Translations under genes and position numbers: made by a program
In this document: piece after piece, positions 63,781 to 64,000 of the stretch
Numbering within the stretch: the first letter of the stretch is position 1
Layout: each line of letters begins with the position of its first letter
The notes under the pieces: generated by a model
The model's input: only the letters and a program-made list of their open reading frames with translations
The model's database searches: none
What the model was told of the DNA's origin: nothing
Assembly (NCBI GenBank): GCA_036785375.1
Contig: JAWMAR010000098.1
Span: 3,286,001-3,350,000 of the forward strand
Source of the DNA: Leucoraja ocellata
Lineage: Eukaryota
Direction: 5' to 3'
Length of the DNA: 64,000 nt

Positions 63781-64000
63781 TTAGTTTAGTTCAGAAAAAC
63801 AGCGTGGAAACAGGCCCTTCATCCCACCGAGTCCACGCAGACAGACGATCATCCCATACACTAGTTCCATCCTACACAATAGGGACAATTTACCTACAAT
63901 TAACCAACAAATTAACCAACAAAACTGCATGACTTTTGAATGTGGGAGGAAACCGGAGCACCCGGAGAAAACCCACGCGGTCACAGGAATAACGTTATAA
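63781..64000 (-). mobile_element. V-SINE/HE1-like SINE (runs to the window edge)
   Basis: (TTAGT)n tail, cagcgtggaaacaggccctt, and gtgggaggaaaccggagcacccggagaaaaccca. Confidence 0.88.

Overview
This is eukaryotic, non-coding-dominated vertebrate DNA, and the repeat inventory points to a cartilaginous fish, probably a skate or ray (inference). I found no intact host protein-coding ORF. Most entries in the ORF track are chance frames or retroelement fragments. The window has two regimes. Positions 1-37.9 kb and 53.4-64 kb are dense with transposons, often nested: CR1 and Rex1/Babar LINE 3' ends, V-SINE/HE1-like and Deu-type SINEs, Penelope-like elements (PLEs) with GIY-YIG fragments, PIF/Harbinger MITEs and a Tigger-like MITE. 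Positions ~38-53.4 kb are almost free of recognisable transposons and retain CpG. They contain a CpG island and candidate 5' exons of a minus-strand gene that I cannot name (splice donors at 53210 and 47426). The most notable signal is a family of ~130-230 bp non-coding PLE-derived elements. They carry minimal hammerhead-ribozyme cores and are often built as foldbacks with a fixed ~32-nt arm asymmetry. Several are flanked by 7-16 bp target-site duplications (TSDs), so they behave like ribozyme-bearing hairpin retroposons. Repeat boundaries were read by eye and are approximate unless a TSD is quoted.
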